Origin: a virus
Lineage: Duplodnaviria; Heunggongvirae; Uroviricota; Caudoviricetes
Virus record (IMG/VR): IMGVR_UViG_3300032516_000008
Coordinates: 1 to 29,091 of that record
Strand: one strand, 5' to 3'
DNA: 29,091 nucleotides
Shown here: piece by piece, positions 1 to 8,316 of the stretch
How the letters are laid out: each line of letters opens with the position of its first letter
Position numbering within the stretch: the stretch's first letter is position 1
The notes under the pieces: generated by a model
Databases searched by the model: none
Told to the model about the DNA's origin: nothing
The model's input: only the letters and a program-made list of their open reading frames with translations
Translations under genes and position numbers: made by a program

Positions 1-1
1 T

Positions 2-88
2 GTTTTTGATGATGATTTGATAAGATCATTTAATAATGAGGATAAACTAGTCAAAGATATCACACGGGAGGTGACGAATGGCATCTAA
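2..88 (+). CDS. 3' end of an upstream gene (partial; VFDDDLIRSFNNEDKLVKDITREVTNGI*)
   Basis: Frame 2 is open from the window start to TAA at 86-88 and overlaps the tail tube start by 11 nt, similar to the overlap at 3930-3937. Too short to identify. Confidence 0.4.
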   Translation, partial: VFDDDLIRSFNNEDKLVKDITREVTNGI

Positions 89-716
89 TAGCTACATTTA
101 TCAGTACGGCTCAACTCCGAATACTAGTCTGCTGAACAGTCAAAAGGTCAAGATTTTTGCAGCACATCCAGGCGGAGCTGATCCTACTGCAAATCAGATT
201 GGTTTGCTACAGTCATGGAATCCGTCACAGTCAAGACCGACAGAATTTGTTCGTGGTATCGGTCATGGTGACAGAGTTGCTGAACAGTCAGTCGGTGTGA
301 CAGATCTTACTGGATCACTTAGCATTGCCGTTATGTACTTGGTCAATATCATGCAAGTACTTGGTTACAATGCCGGTGCTTCCGGTGCTATTCGATCACT
401 TAAGCATCATCGTTGGCCGTTTGATATCAAGGAACAGATTGTTGTTCCTGATTTCATCAAGAAAGATTTGTCATACCAACAAGGTACCAACAAGACTGCC
501 GGTGTTTCAAACGGAAATCTTATCCAGACATACTATGAAGGCTGCTGGATGCAAGATTACAACATCACGTTTGAGATCGGTGGATCAACAATTATGCAAG
601 ATTGTTCAGTGAATATCACTGATGTATACGATCCTGCAGTTGGTCGTGGTTATTATGGTGAATCACTTCAGGATAGAGACGTAACAACGATTAGTAAGTT
701 GATCAAGCTGACGTAA
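78..716 (+). CDS. Tail tube protein (contractile tail)
   Basis: 212 aa with strong SD GGGAGGTG at 66-73. Tube-like pattern (IGLLQSWNPSQSR..., IQTYYEGCWMQDYNITFE..IMQDCSVNITDV). Followed by a terminator and located upstream of chaperone-like and tape measure genes. Confidence 0.72.
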   Translation: MASNSYIYQYGSTPNTSLLNSQKVKIFAAHPGGADPTANQIGLLQSWNPSQSRPTEFVRGIGHGDRVAEQSVGVTDLTGSLSIAVMYLVNIMQVLGYNAGASGAIRSLKHHRWPFDIKEQIVVPDFIKKDLSYQQGTNKTAGVSNGNLIQTYYEGCWMQDYNITFEIGGSTIMQDCSVNITDVYDPAVGRGYYGESLQDRDVTTISKLIKLT

Positions 717-738
717 TAACTATTTAGATATCTCCCTC

Positions 739-782
739 AGGGTGCTCATTGACCGTTAATAACGGGAGAGCACCCTTTTTTT
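739..782 (+). terminator. Intrinsic terminator after the tail tube gene
   Basis: Perfect 9-bp stem AGGGTGCTC (739-747) / GAGCACCCT (768-776), inner hairpin CCGTT-AAT-AACGG (753-765), and a run of 7 T (776-782). Confidence 0.85.
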
Positions 783-849
783 CCTCCTCGTAAATTCTGC
801 AGTACTGCTATACTAGTACAATAACGTAAAATAACTTTCGTCGAATCAT

Positions 850-860
850 TATAATATAAT
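850..860 (+). promoter_or_regulatory. Overlapping TATAAT -10 boxes upstream of tnpB (possible leaderless promoter)
   Basis: TATAAT at 850-855 and 855-860. The ATG at 862 has no SD. No consensus -35 is seen. Confidence 0.4.
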
Positions 861-861
861 T

Positions 862-2091
862 ATGAAGTCGTTAAAAGCTAAACTTAATTTGTCATGGTAT
901 CAGAAGTTAGTGTTAAACACACTATCTAATGAACATAGATTACTATACAATCATTTGCTTGAGCACGTGAAAAATACCGGTACAATTGTAGAGCTTAGTA
1001 AAGAATGCAACAAATTTAGACACGAGAACAGTTTAACTATACATTATAGACCAGCCTATGAAACTTGCAAAATGCTCACAAATAGTATAAAAAGCTATTT
1101 TGCACTAAAGAAAAAAGACAAAACAGCTAGATTCCCATATAGATTCAAATCATGGAAATATTTTACTACAATACTATATCGCAGTAATAATTTTAATTTA
1201 CATAATAATAAGTTAGTATTACACATTCAAGATTGTCGATGTAAAAATGCAAAAACTTTAGAAATTACTTTGCCAGATTATTGTAAAACAATTATAGGTA
1301 CTATCAAGATTTTACAAATTAAGAGAGAAGCGAATGACTATTTCGCTATTTTCACTTATAGCGAACTTAAAAAAGTTAGAACATTTGTACAGGAAAGACT
1401 CATTTCAATTGATCCCGGCGTAACTAACATAGCTACAATCTACAATCCAAATAAAAAAGAAATTATAGAAATACCAAACGATCAGTTTCATAAAAAACTT
1501 GAAAAAAGAATAGAAGTCATACAATCACTTTGTGATAAGAAAAAGAAATATTCGAGACGATATAAAAGACTAGCAGCGATTTACAAGCGTTGTAAGAAAA
1601 AGCTAGCAAATAAGAACAAAGACTTTCAGCATAAAGTAAGCAAGAAGATTGTAGATTATTGTGTAGAAAATGAAGTGTCTAAGGTTGTATATGGTGACAT
1701 AAAGACTAAGAAGTTAGTGAAAGATTCAAAGTTAGCGAAGGATAGGGGATTGAATAAATCAACTCAGAGTCGGGGCACGCTGAGTAGATTTAAGACTTTC
1801 GTTGAGTATTAGACACTTAGCGAGGGTATATCGTTTGTCAGACAGAATGAGGCATGGACTAGTAGGACAAATTGTTTGACAGATGAGCGATTTGACGTAG
1901 AACTAAAGCTGTCAGATCGTACGGTTAGATTGAATGACTCTTTAGTATTTACAAGGGATGGTAATGCAGCTGTGAATATTATGAAGAGTTATCTTGGCGA
2001 GTGTGCCATACCAATTAAGGGCTCGTGGTTAGCCCATTTGGAAAGCGTAAGCTTTTCAAGGATGTTGTTAGATCATGACAAAGTGATTTAA
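862..2091 (+). pseudogene. tnpB: TnpB RNA-guided endonuclease (IS200/IS605 or IS607 type) interrupted by an in-frame TAG at 1810-1812
   Basis: ORFs 862-1812 and 1876-2091 are in the same frame. Read through, they give FVEY*TLSEGISFVRQNEAWTSRTNC...TRDGNAAVNI (409 codons). RuvC-I ISIDPGVTN, RuvC-II region VVYGDI, RuvC-III RDGNAAVNI, and typical motifs RFKSWK and DFQHKVSKKIV. No tnpA in the window. Confidence 0.9.
1995..2059 (+). ncRNA. Candidate omegaRNA scaffold (3' part) within the tnpB 3' end
   Basis: Three consecutive hairpins: TGGC/GCCA (1995-2008), GGGCT/AGCCC (2019-2035), and GGAAAGC-GTAA-GCTTTTC (2040-2057; GNRA loop, one G-U pair), then TCAA at 2056-2059. TnpB omegaRNAs are known to overlap the 3' coding end. 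Boundaries are uncertain. Confidence 0.4.
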
Positions 2092-2093
2092 CA

Positions 2094-3464
2094 ATGAATC
2101 AATTATCTGATAGCCACAAATTCAGTGATATTAAAGATCTAGTCTTTGAAGGCTTTCTAAAAGAGACTATAAAGTTCAATGACCTAGTAGTTGTCATTCG
2201 GACTTTAGGAGTTGCAGAAGAAAGTCAAGTTATCGAGACATATGAAAATCTACCTAACGAATATAATCTATTAGCTGCTGCTGACACTGTACAATGCGCA
2301 ATATATTCTATCAATGGCTGTAAAATAACTGATGATGTCAAGAAGCTTGTACGCAATTGGCCCAAACAAATCATAATCAAAATATTTGAAGTGTACTTAA
2401 CACTTGCCAGTCGTGTACGGGAAGCCACTAAACTAATCAATGAATTCATAAAAACTGATGAATCAAAGTTGCGTTGGACTGTAATAAAGACTACTAAATC
2501 TTCTCTTAATAGTGTTACCATTACTGGAAATTCAGAATTAGAATCTAAAGGCATATCCTACATTCAACAAATTTGGATCTATCTAAACCAACAAAACGAT
2601 TTAATTGAACGAAATACATTGGATTGGGCTAAAGTCGAATACATGACAGATTCGATCTGTACATTCGTCAATCCCAAAGCAATGCAACAAATTCAAGGCA
2701 AAAAGAAACTACAGCAAGAAGAACAGATGATGAAAGAGCAACGTGAAGAGGTTGCAAAGATTCAAACAGATTCAAAGGAGAAATTAATGATTGAAAACTC
2801 GGCAGATGAACTATTTGATGCGCTTACAAGAAAGCCCGGTGAGTCAATGTTAGACTATCAAAAGCGCGTTGGTCAGTCTGTAGCAAAAGCGTTTACTGAA
2901 GACGAGCATGATAAAATAGTTAGAGAATGGGAAGAATATCAATTTACTAAACAGTTACGAATCAAAAAGGAAAATACTAGACGCGCAAAAATATTACATG
3001 AAAATAAAATGACAAATGCGATAGTGATTGATGTACCAAGAGCAGCACCGCAAAGCATAATTGTAGGCTTTAGTCAAGTATCTAATATTGGTGATGATAT
3101 AGTTGATGTGCAAGAAGAAAAAGGTCCATGGATAGTTAACAATATTGACTATTCTGAAATTGTATCAATAACGTCATTTTCGATGCTTAAGAACAGAGAT
3201 CAAATTTTCAAAGAAATAACGAGCGAATCTGAAGAAGAAACAATCAAATGGATTGAAGAATATCTACAAGAAGAAGCACAGACAAAGTCAGATGTAGTTG
3301 CAGCTATAGAGTCACTAACAAAAACACCATCAATGGAAAAACCAATAGATGGTCGTGACAAAATACTGTCTGCTAGAGAACGAGTATTATCTGCAGGCAA
3401 AAAGACAAATAAATTTGAGAATGAACAGCAAGAAATGATTGATCAGATTCAAAAATCACGATAA
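2094..3464 (+). CDS. Tail assembly chaperone-like protein with long charged C-terminal extension
   Basis: 456 aa. N-terminal domain (VVVIRTLGVAEE...DTVQCAIYSING...WPKQIIIKIFEVYLTL) is paralogous to the next two genes. Located between tube and tape measure genes. Confidence 0.55.
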   Translation: MNQLSDSHKFSDIKDLVFEGFLKETIKFNDLVVVIRTLGVAEESQVIETYENLPNEYNLLAAADTVQCAIYSINGCKITDDVKKLVRNWPKQIIIKIFEVYLTLASRVREATKLINEFIKTDESKLRWTVIKTTKSSLNSVTITGNSELESKGISYIQQIWIYLNQQNDLIERNTLDWAKVEYMTDSICTFVNPKAMQQIQGKKKLQQEEQMMKEQREEVAKIQTDSKEKLMIENSADELFDALTRKPGESMLDYQKRVGQSVAKAFTEDEHDKIVREWEEYQFTKQLRIKKENTRRAKILHENKMTNAIVIDVPRAAPQSIIVGFSQVSNIGDDIVDVQEEKGPWIVNNIDYSEIVSITSFSMLKNRDQIFKEITSESEEETIKWIEEYLQEEAQTKSDVVAAIESLTKTPSMEKPIDGRDKILSARERVLSAGKKTNKFENEQQEMIDQIQKSR

Positions 3465-3478
3465 ATTAAGGAGTCATT

Positions 3479-3937
3479 ATGACAAAGAAGTTTGAAGATC
3501 CGTTGTTGGCCATGAATGCTATTTCTGAGATACGACATAGGTCAAAAGATGTGCCAGTTGAGAATTTTATAGTAACTATTAGGACATTGGGTGCTAAAGA
3601 TGAGACAGATACATTTATTGATTGTATGAATTTGTGGGGACAAGCATTCATTTACCAGCATAAGTTAGAGACTCTTTGTAGAGCAATAACTCATGTCAAT
3701 AAAATGTCCTTAGATAAGATGAGTGTGAATGAGAAAAGACAGATTATTTCAAGTTGGCACCAGGAATTGATTGATGAGTTATATGTAGAATATGCTAGAT
3801 TGTTGACTTCAATAGACAATTTCTTCAAGAATATCGAGATGACAGCACAGACAAATGTGATAGGTGTTAAAGATGCTGAAGCAAAGAGAGAAGCAATGAA
3901 TATTAAAACAGATGTAAAGGAGAATGAAAATGGCTAA
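3479..3937 (+). CDS. Tail assembly chaperone-like protein
   Basis: 152 aa with SD AAGGAG. Motifs IVTIRTLGAKDE, ETLCRAITHVN, WHQELIDELYVEY. Context as above. Confidence 0.6.
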   Translation: MTKKFEDPLLAMNAISEIRHRSKDVPVENFIVTIRTLGAKDETDTFIDCMNLWGQAFIYQHKLETLCRAITHVNKMSLDKMSVNEKRQIISSWHQELIDELYVEYARLLTSIDNFFKNIEMTAQTNVIGVKDAEAKREAMNIKTDVKENENG

Positions 3938-4340
3938 TGAAAATGAGACAAAGGCGTTTGATGCATTAAAGTCATTAGAGACATATAAGTATCAAGAGCG
4001 ACTTGTTACAGTAGCAGATGTTAAGATAGTGCTGGCACCGTTGATGGCTAAAGAAGTTATTGAGATATTTGAGAATAGTAATAGGTATAGTGATACAGAG
4101 GCAAGTGTTCAGTCATTGAAAGTTGAGACTGTTGCAAGGGCAATTGTTTCAGTTAATGAAGTTAAGTTAGATCCTAAGGGAATGTTGAAGCAGAAGTTGG
4201 AGATTGTTTCTTCGTTTGGTGATGAGTTAGTAGATTATTTGTTTAACGAGTATTGCGTGTTGGATAAGGTTATTAAGTTGTCAGTCGAGAAAAGAGAGTC
4301 AGGCGATGTGGATGCTAAGGGTGTAGTAGAAAAGGAATAG
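3930..4340 (+). CDS. Tail assembly chaperone-like protein
   Basis: Start moved from 3924 to the ATG at 3930, which lies 7 nt after AGGAG (3918-3922). Motifs ETVARAIVSVN and FGDELVDYLFNEY. Immediately precedes the tape measure gene. Confidence 0.6.
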   Translation: MANENETKAFDALKSLETYKYQERLVTVADVKIVLAPLMAKEVIEIFENSNRYSDTEASVQSLKVETVARAIVSVNEVKLDPKGMLKQKLEIVSSFGDELVDYLFNEYCVLDKVIKLSVEKRESGDVDAKGVVEKE

Positions 4341-4341
4341 T

Positions 4342-7300
4342 ATGGCTCGAAATTCTAAAATAGTAGTTGATCTCGAGTTTGGTGATATTGACGAAGCTAA
4401 AGTAAAGGCTTTGGGCAAACAGATAGGTGATAAGCTTCGTAAAGAGCCTATTGATATGGGTTGGAAAGAACTCGAGCAGTCGATTGCTAAAGTTAGTAAG
4501 CAAATAGATTCTGCTGATAAAGATAGACTGAAGAGTAGCGAAAGACTCAAGAGTATTGATGAGAAAATAGTTAATACTAGAAAACAATTTGCTAGTCTAG
4601 ATAAAGATCATGCTGATGCAATCGATAAAATTGGTAAGTTGCAATCCAAGTATGGTAAAGATTTAGAATCACAGCATGGTAAGATTGCTAAAGCACAAGA
4701 GAATATTAACAAATTGTCAGGTAAAGATACAGATGAAGCTCGAAAAAAGATAGAGTCGCACATTGCAGAGCAGCAGCAGGCTGGCGAGAAAATTGCTGAA
4801 ATTCAAAAGAATATGATGGAGGCAGCTAATGAGCCTCTTGAGCAAGCTAACAAATTGAAAGAAGATCAGAATAAGATAGAATCTGATTTATTGAATTTAG
4901 AGCAAGAGAGAGAAAAGTTTGATATAGAACAAGAGCAACGTCAAGAGACGCTTGCAAAGTTGCAAGAAGAAGAGATAGATAGAACTAAACAGTTGAAAAA
5001 GATGCAGCAAGAACGAGCAGAGATGGTTTCTGCATTGGCTACTGAAATTAAGAAGATGAATAAGGATATGACAGATGAAGAAGCGTTAAAACAAGCTAAG
5101 AAGTATGTTTCTTATGATGAGAAGCAGACTAAGTTTGAGAAGAAGCATCATGAATTGTTTATGAAGACAAAGAAGGTAAGAAAAGAAGAATTGAAAGATA
5201 GATTGAAAGAAGCAAGACTGCAATCAATAGCACTGAAGACACAGCATGTTGGTTGGCTTGAACGAGGAAAGATTTTTAGAGAAGAGCGAAAGCATTTACG
5301 AGATGAGTTAGGATTTAAGAAGAAGCCGACTATTACTGAAAAAATAGCAGAAAAGGCATCGCCAGGTGCAGTTAAGGCAGTTGCAGGAGAGCAAGGCGCT
5401 CAGTTATTGGGAGTTGTTGGTAAATTGGCAGCACCATTACTTGCTCTTGGTGGTATTGCTGGTATAATAATGATGATATTGAAGTTTAATAAGGAAGTGT
5501 CAGAAAGTCGAAAGCAATTGTTTTTATTTGGGGCTGCTGGAAGTGATGCATGGGATAAAATTGAAAATGGAAATTTAGCAGGGGCCAAGTCCACAGATGG
5601 GTACATTAAGACATTGTCGTCAATGTTTGATCGTGTTGGAATGAAGTATGATGAGGCTTTACAAAATGTTGGAGCTTTGACTAATGCGGGCATAAAGCTT
5701 AATGATGTTATGAAGCGAGGCGGTGAGACATTTGTTGAAGTTGAGCACATGTCGATGCTGTCAGGTAAGTCATTTGGTGAGATGGCAGCTATTTCTGGTG
5801 AGTGGGTCACTGATATGAATGTTGGAGTTTCTGAGTTGGGCCGAACATTTACAATGTTAAGACATGATGCAGCTAAATCAGAAATGACAACGTCTAGATT
5901 CTTTTCAAGTGTTATGAATGCAGCGCAGGGATTAATGTTATATGGAACAAATGTTACTGATGTTTCGACGGCCATGGCAAATCTAGTTAAGGGTTCAAAG
6001 TTTGGTCAAAAAGAAGCTACTAAATTAGCATCAAGTTTAGTTAGTTTGTCAAGCACTATGACAGATCAACAAAAAATGTTAGTTATGGATCAGACTGATG
6101 CAATGAGCATTCTTGGTAAAGAACATGATGCACTAAAAGCTAATCGAGAAGAAAGAGATAAAGAAGTTGAGGCTTTGACAGCTAGACAGGCTAAGCTAGC
6201 AAAGCAAGGAAAGTCTTTAAGCGCTGGTGATGAAGAGCATTTGAAGTCACTAACAGATCAGCAAAAAAGATTTAAGATGTTGAATGAGACTATTTTTGAA
6301 TCTGATGCATCTGCATTTGAGAAAAGCATTAGAGCATTTGAAGCATTGAAGCCGGCTGAGCAAATTTCTGCAGCTGTTAAAGCTGTCGTTAAGCAAAAGA
6401 ATTTGAAGATAAATATTGAGGATCCGAAAGAATTATATGGTGCATTGATTAAGTATCGAAAAGAATTTATGGAGATGGGAAAATCATTCGGATTGTCAGC
6501 TGATCAATGGAAAATGGTTGAAGATTTAGCAGAAAATGGTAAGAGTTTAGATAGTCTTGGTAAACAGATATCAGACGAAGAAGTTAAAAGACTTGATAAA
6601 GAAGGAAAAAAGCAAGCCAATATAATAGCGCAGGGTACAAAGCCTATTCAAGATATAATTGAACAGCAAATACAGCGTTGGCTTAGAGACATTTATTTGA
6701 CAATAGAAAAGTTGTATGTGTTAATTGAGAATTGGTTGGGTAAAGATTATAAATCAACAAAACAAACAAAAGAACAGTTTAGTAAAGATTTACGAATTGC
6801 AATGAAAGCTAGAGAACAATTATCAGCACGAGTAAAAGAGCTTGAACATACGCCTGAAGCTGAAAGAACTCCTGATTGGCAGCGACAATACAGTGCTGCA
6901 ACTGCTGAGTTAGAAGGAGCTGATGCTGGAATTGGAAAGTTGCAGTCAGGTGAAGCCACATTGGGTGAACTTGAGAAACAATATTCAGGTTTGTCGTTTA
7001 AAGGTGCAAAAGCTGTTGGAATGGGTGATGTTTACAAGTTTGCTACAGGGGCTTCTGCAAAAGAGAAAAAGCTTTCATCTCAAATGTTTAATTCGATATC
7101 TGAGAAAATACAAAGTGATATTGATAAAATGACAGGCGACTCTAGATTAGTTGCAGAGAATATATTTGGTGGAATTGGTGCAGTTAGAATGCGCCACAGA
7201 GATCTTGATCGTGAAGCAATAAGAAAAGATTTAGAACATGTAATAAGTGGTGAATCTGCTAATTTATCAGATGCTGATAAGACGTCTATGAAGTCAATGT

Positions 7301-7599
7301 TTATTGGCGGTGATAGATTCAAGCGTGGAGGTTACACAGGATCAGGGTCATCTAATGACATTGCAGGCATGGTTCATGGTAAAGAATTTGTATTTGATAG
7401 TGATTCAACAAAAAAGGCAGGTGCAGCCAATTTGATGTCATTAATGAATTCAATAAAGACAACGCCTACTAGTACTGGTGGTGGCAACGGTTCAAATTAC
7501 AATAACACTGTGACAATACAAGTCAATCAGCGTGACAAACAAGAAATAGAACAAATCATTCGCAAAGTACTCTATAGCGAAAGACCTGTAGGCTACTAA
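4342..7599 (+). CDS. Tail tape measure protein
   Basis: 1085 aa, predominantly helical. Charged coiled-coil N-terminus, hydrophobic segment LAAPLLALGGIAGIIMMIL, TMP-like core, and C-terminal F.RGGYTG.G...AGMVHGKEFVF motif typical of tape measures. Confidence 0.88.
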   Translation: MARNSKIVVDLEFGDIDEAKVKALGKQIGDKLRKEPIDMGWKELEQSIAKVSKQIDSADKDRLKSSERLKSIDEKIVNTRKQFASLDKDHADAIDKIGKLQSKYGKDLESQHGKIAKAQENINKLSGKDTDEARKKIESHIAEQQQAGEKIAEIQKNMMEAANEPLEQANKLKEDQNKIESDLLNLEQEREKFDIEQEQRQETLAKLQEEEIDRTKQLKKMQQERAEMVSALATEIKKMNKDMTDEEALKQAKKYVSYDEKQTKFEKKHHELFMKTKKVRKEELKDRLKEARLQSIALKTQHVGWLERGKIFREERKHLRDELGFKKKPTITEKIAEKASPGAVKAVAGEQGAQLLGVVGKLAAPLLALGGIAGIIMMILKFNKEVSESRKQLFLFGAAGSDAWDKIENGNLAGAKSTDGYIKTLSSMFDRVGMKYDEALQNVGALTNAGIKLNDVMKRGGETFVEVEHMSMLSGKSFGEMAAISGEWVTDMNVGVSELGRTFTMLRHDAAKSEMTTSRFFSSVMNAAQGLMLYGTNVTDVSTAMANLVKGSKFGQKEATKLASSLVSLSSTMTDQQKMLVMDQTDAMSILGKEHDALKANREERDKEVEALTARQAKLAKQGKSLSAGDEEHLKSLTDQQKRFKMLNETIFESDASAFEKSIRAFEALKPAEQISAAVKAVVKQKNLKINIEDPKELYGALIKYRKEFMEMGKSFGLSADQWKMVEDLAENGKSLDSLGKQISDEEVKRLDKEGKKQANIIAQGTKPIQDIIEQQIQRWLRDIYLTIEKLYVLIENWLGKDYKSTKQTKEQFSKDLRIAMKAREQLSARVKELEHTPEAERTPDWQRQYSAATAELEGADAGIGKLQSGEATLGELEKQYSGLSFKGAKAVGMGDVYKFATGASAKEKKLSSQMFNSISEKIQSDIDKMTGDSRLVAENIFGGIGAVRMRHRDLDREAIRKDLEHVISGESANLSDADKTSMKSMFIGGDRFKRGGYTGSGSSNDIAGMVHGKEFVFDSDSTKKAGAANLMSLMNSIKTTPTSTGGGNGSNYNNTVTIQVNQRDKQEIEQIIRKVLYSERPVGY

Positions 7600-8315
7600 T
7601 GGCTCTAAATGACGCAATTGTCAGTTTACAGCGTACTGTAAACACATTAAGCGAACTCGATAATAGAATTCGTAGAACTACTGAAGAGTTCACAGGTCAA
7701 GCATTTCCTGCTCAGGTCGGTAACAACAATGTCATAAACAGAAAACCAATAATTTGGCAAATACAAGACATTCCAGATAAGTACAAACTTCCTGACTTGA
7801 CAATGAGCATAAACCCTCAAAACTTGAGCACAGATTACAAACAACTTATCAATCGCAAACGTACAATAGGCGGATTTGTTGAAGAACACTGGGGTGAAGA
7901 ACTAGATTCAATGTCGTCATCTGGACGAACAGCGAATTTTTACGGACCAACAGGCTTAACAAACTATGCCAGACGAGATACTCAAGCATTCCTTGAACTT
8001 GAAAAATTCATCAACATATACAGAAACAACGGAACACTATTTGATGAAAAAACAGGAATGCTAGTTGCTCAAGGTTCTGTAGTAATGAACTATGATAGTG
8101 CAGTATATCGAGGTTACTTTGAATCATTATCAATAACTGAATCTGGCGAAAAACAGTTTGATCTTGAATATGAATTTTCATTCAAAATCACGCAAGAAGT
8201 ATATCCTGGTAGAATGAAATCATTTAGAAACGTCACGACTGTTACGCAACCTGGTGCAATAAGAAATGATCGAGTGACACTAGATATTGTCGGTCCACAA
8301 GCAGTACAGGGATAG
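7599..8315 (+). CDS. Tube-like baseplate/tail initiator protein, paralog 1
   Basis: 238 aa directly after TMP. Motifs INPQNL, WGEELDSMSSSG, IYRNNG, YRGYFESLSITES...EYEFSFKI. Paralogous to the next gene. Confidence 0.62.
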   Translation: MALNDAIVSLQRTVNTLSELDNRIRRTTEEFTGQAFPAQVGNNNVINRKPIIWQIQDIPDKYKLPDLTMSINPQNLSTDYKQLINRKRTIGGFVEEHWGEELDSMSSSGRTANFYGPTGLTNYARRDTQAFLELEKFINIYRNNGTLFDEKTGMLVAQGSVVMNYDSAVYRGYFESLSITESGEKQFDLEYEFSFKITQEVYPGRMKSFRNVTTVTQPGAIRNDRVTLDIVGPQAVQG

Positions 8316-8316
8316 T

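Noticed and set aside
1810-1812. Genome-wide TAG reassignment (genetic code 15) as the cause of the tnpB stop
   Set aside because: More than 25 kb of structural genes are open without internal TAG, and TAG ends four genes (4340, 8315, 14767, 15393) right before the next start.
1876-2091. 71-aa ORF as an independent gene
   Set aside because: It is the in-frame C-terminal part of tnpB and carries RuvC-III.
2094-4340. Programmed frameshift site in the chaperone genes
   Set aside because: I found no convincing X XXY YYZ heptamer near the gene ends and no suitable overlapping downstream frame. This was a by-eye scan only.
5400-5975. 191-aa minus-strand ORF
   Set aside because: Antisense shadow of the tape measure gene with no recognisable motif.
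8287-8316. TTG start at 8287 for the second initiator gene
   Set aside because: The ATG at 8317 follows the previous stop by 1 nt, the same TAG-T-ATG junction as at 4338-4344.
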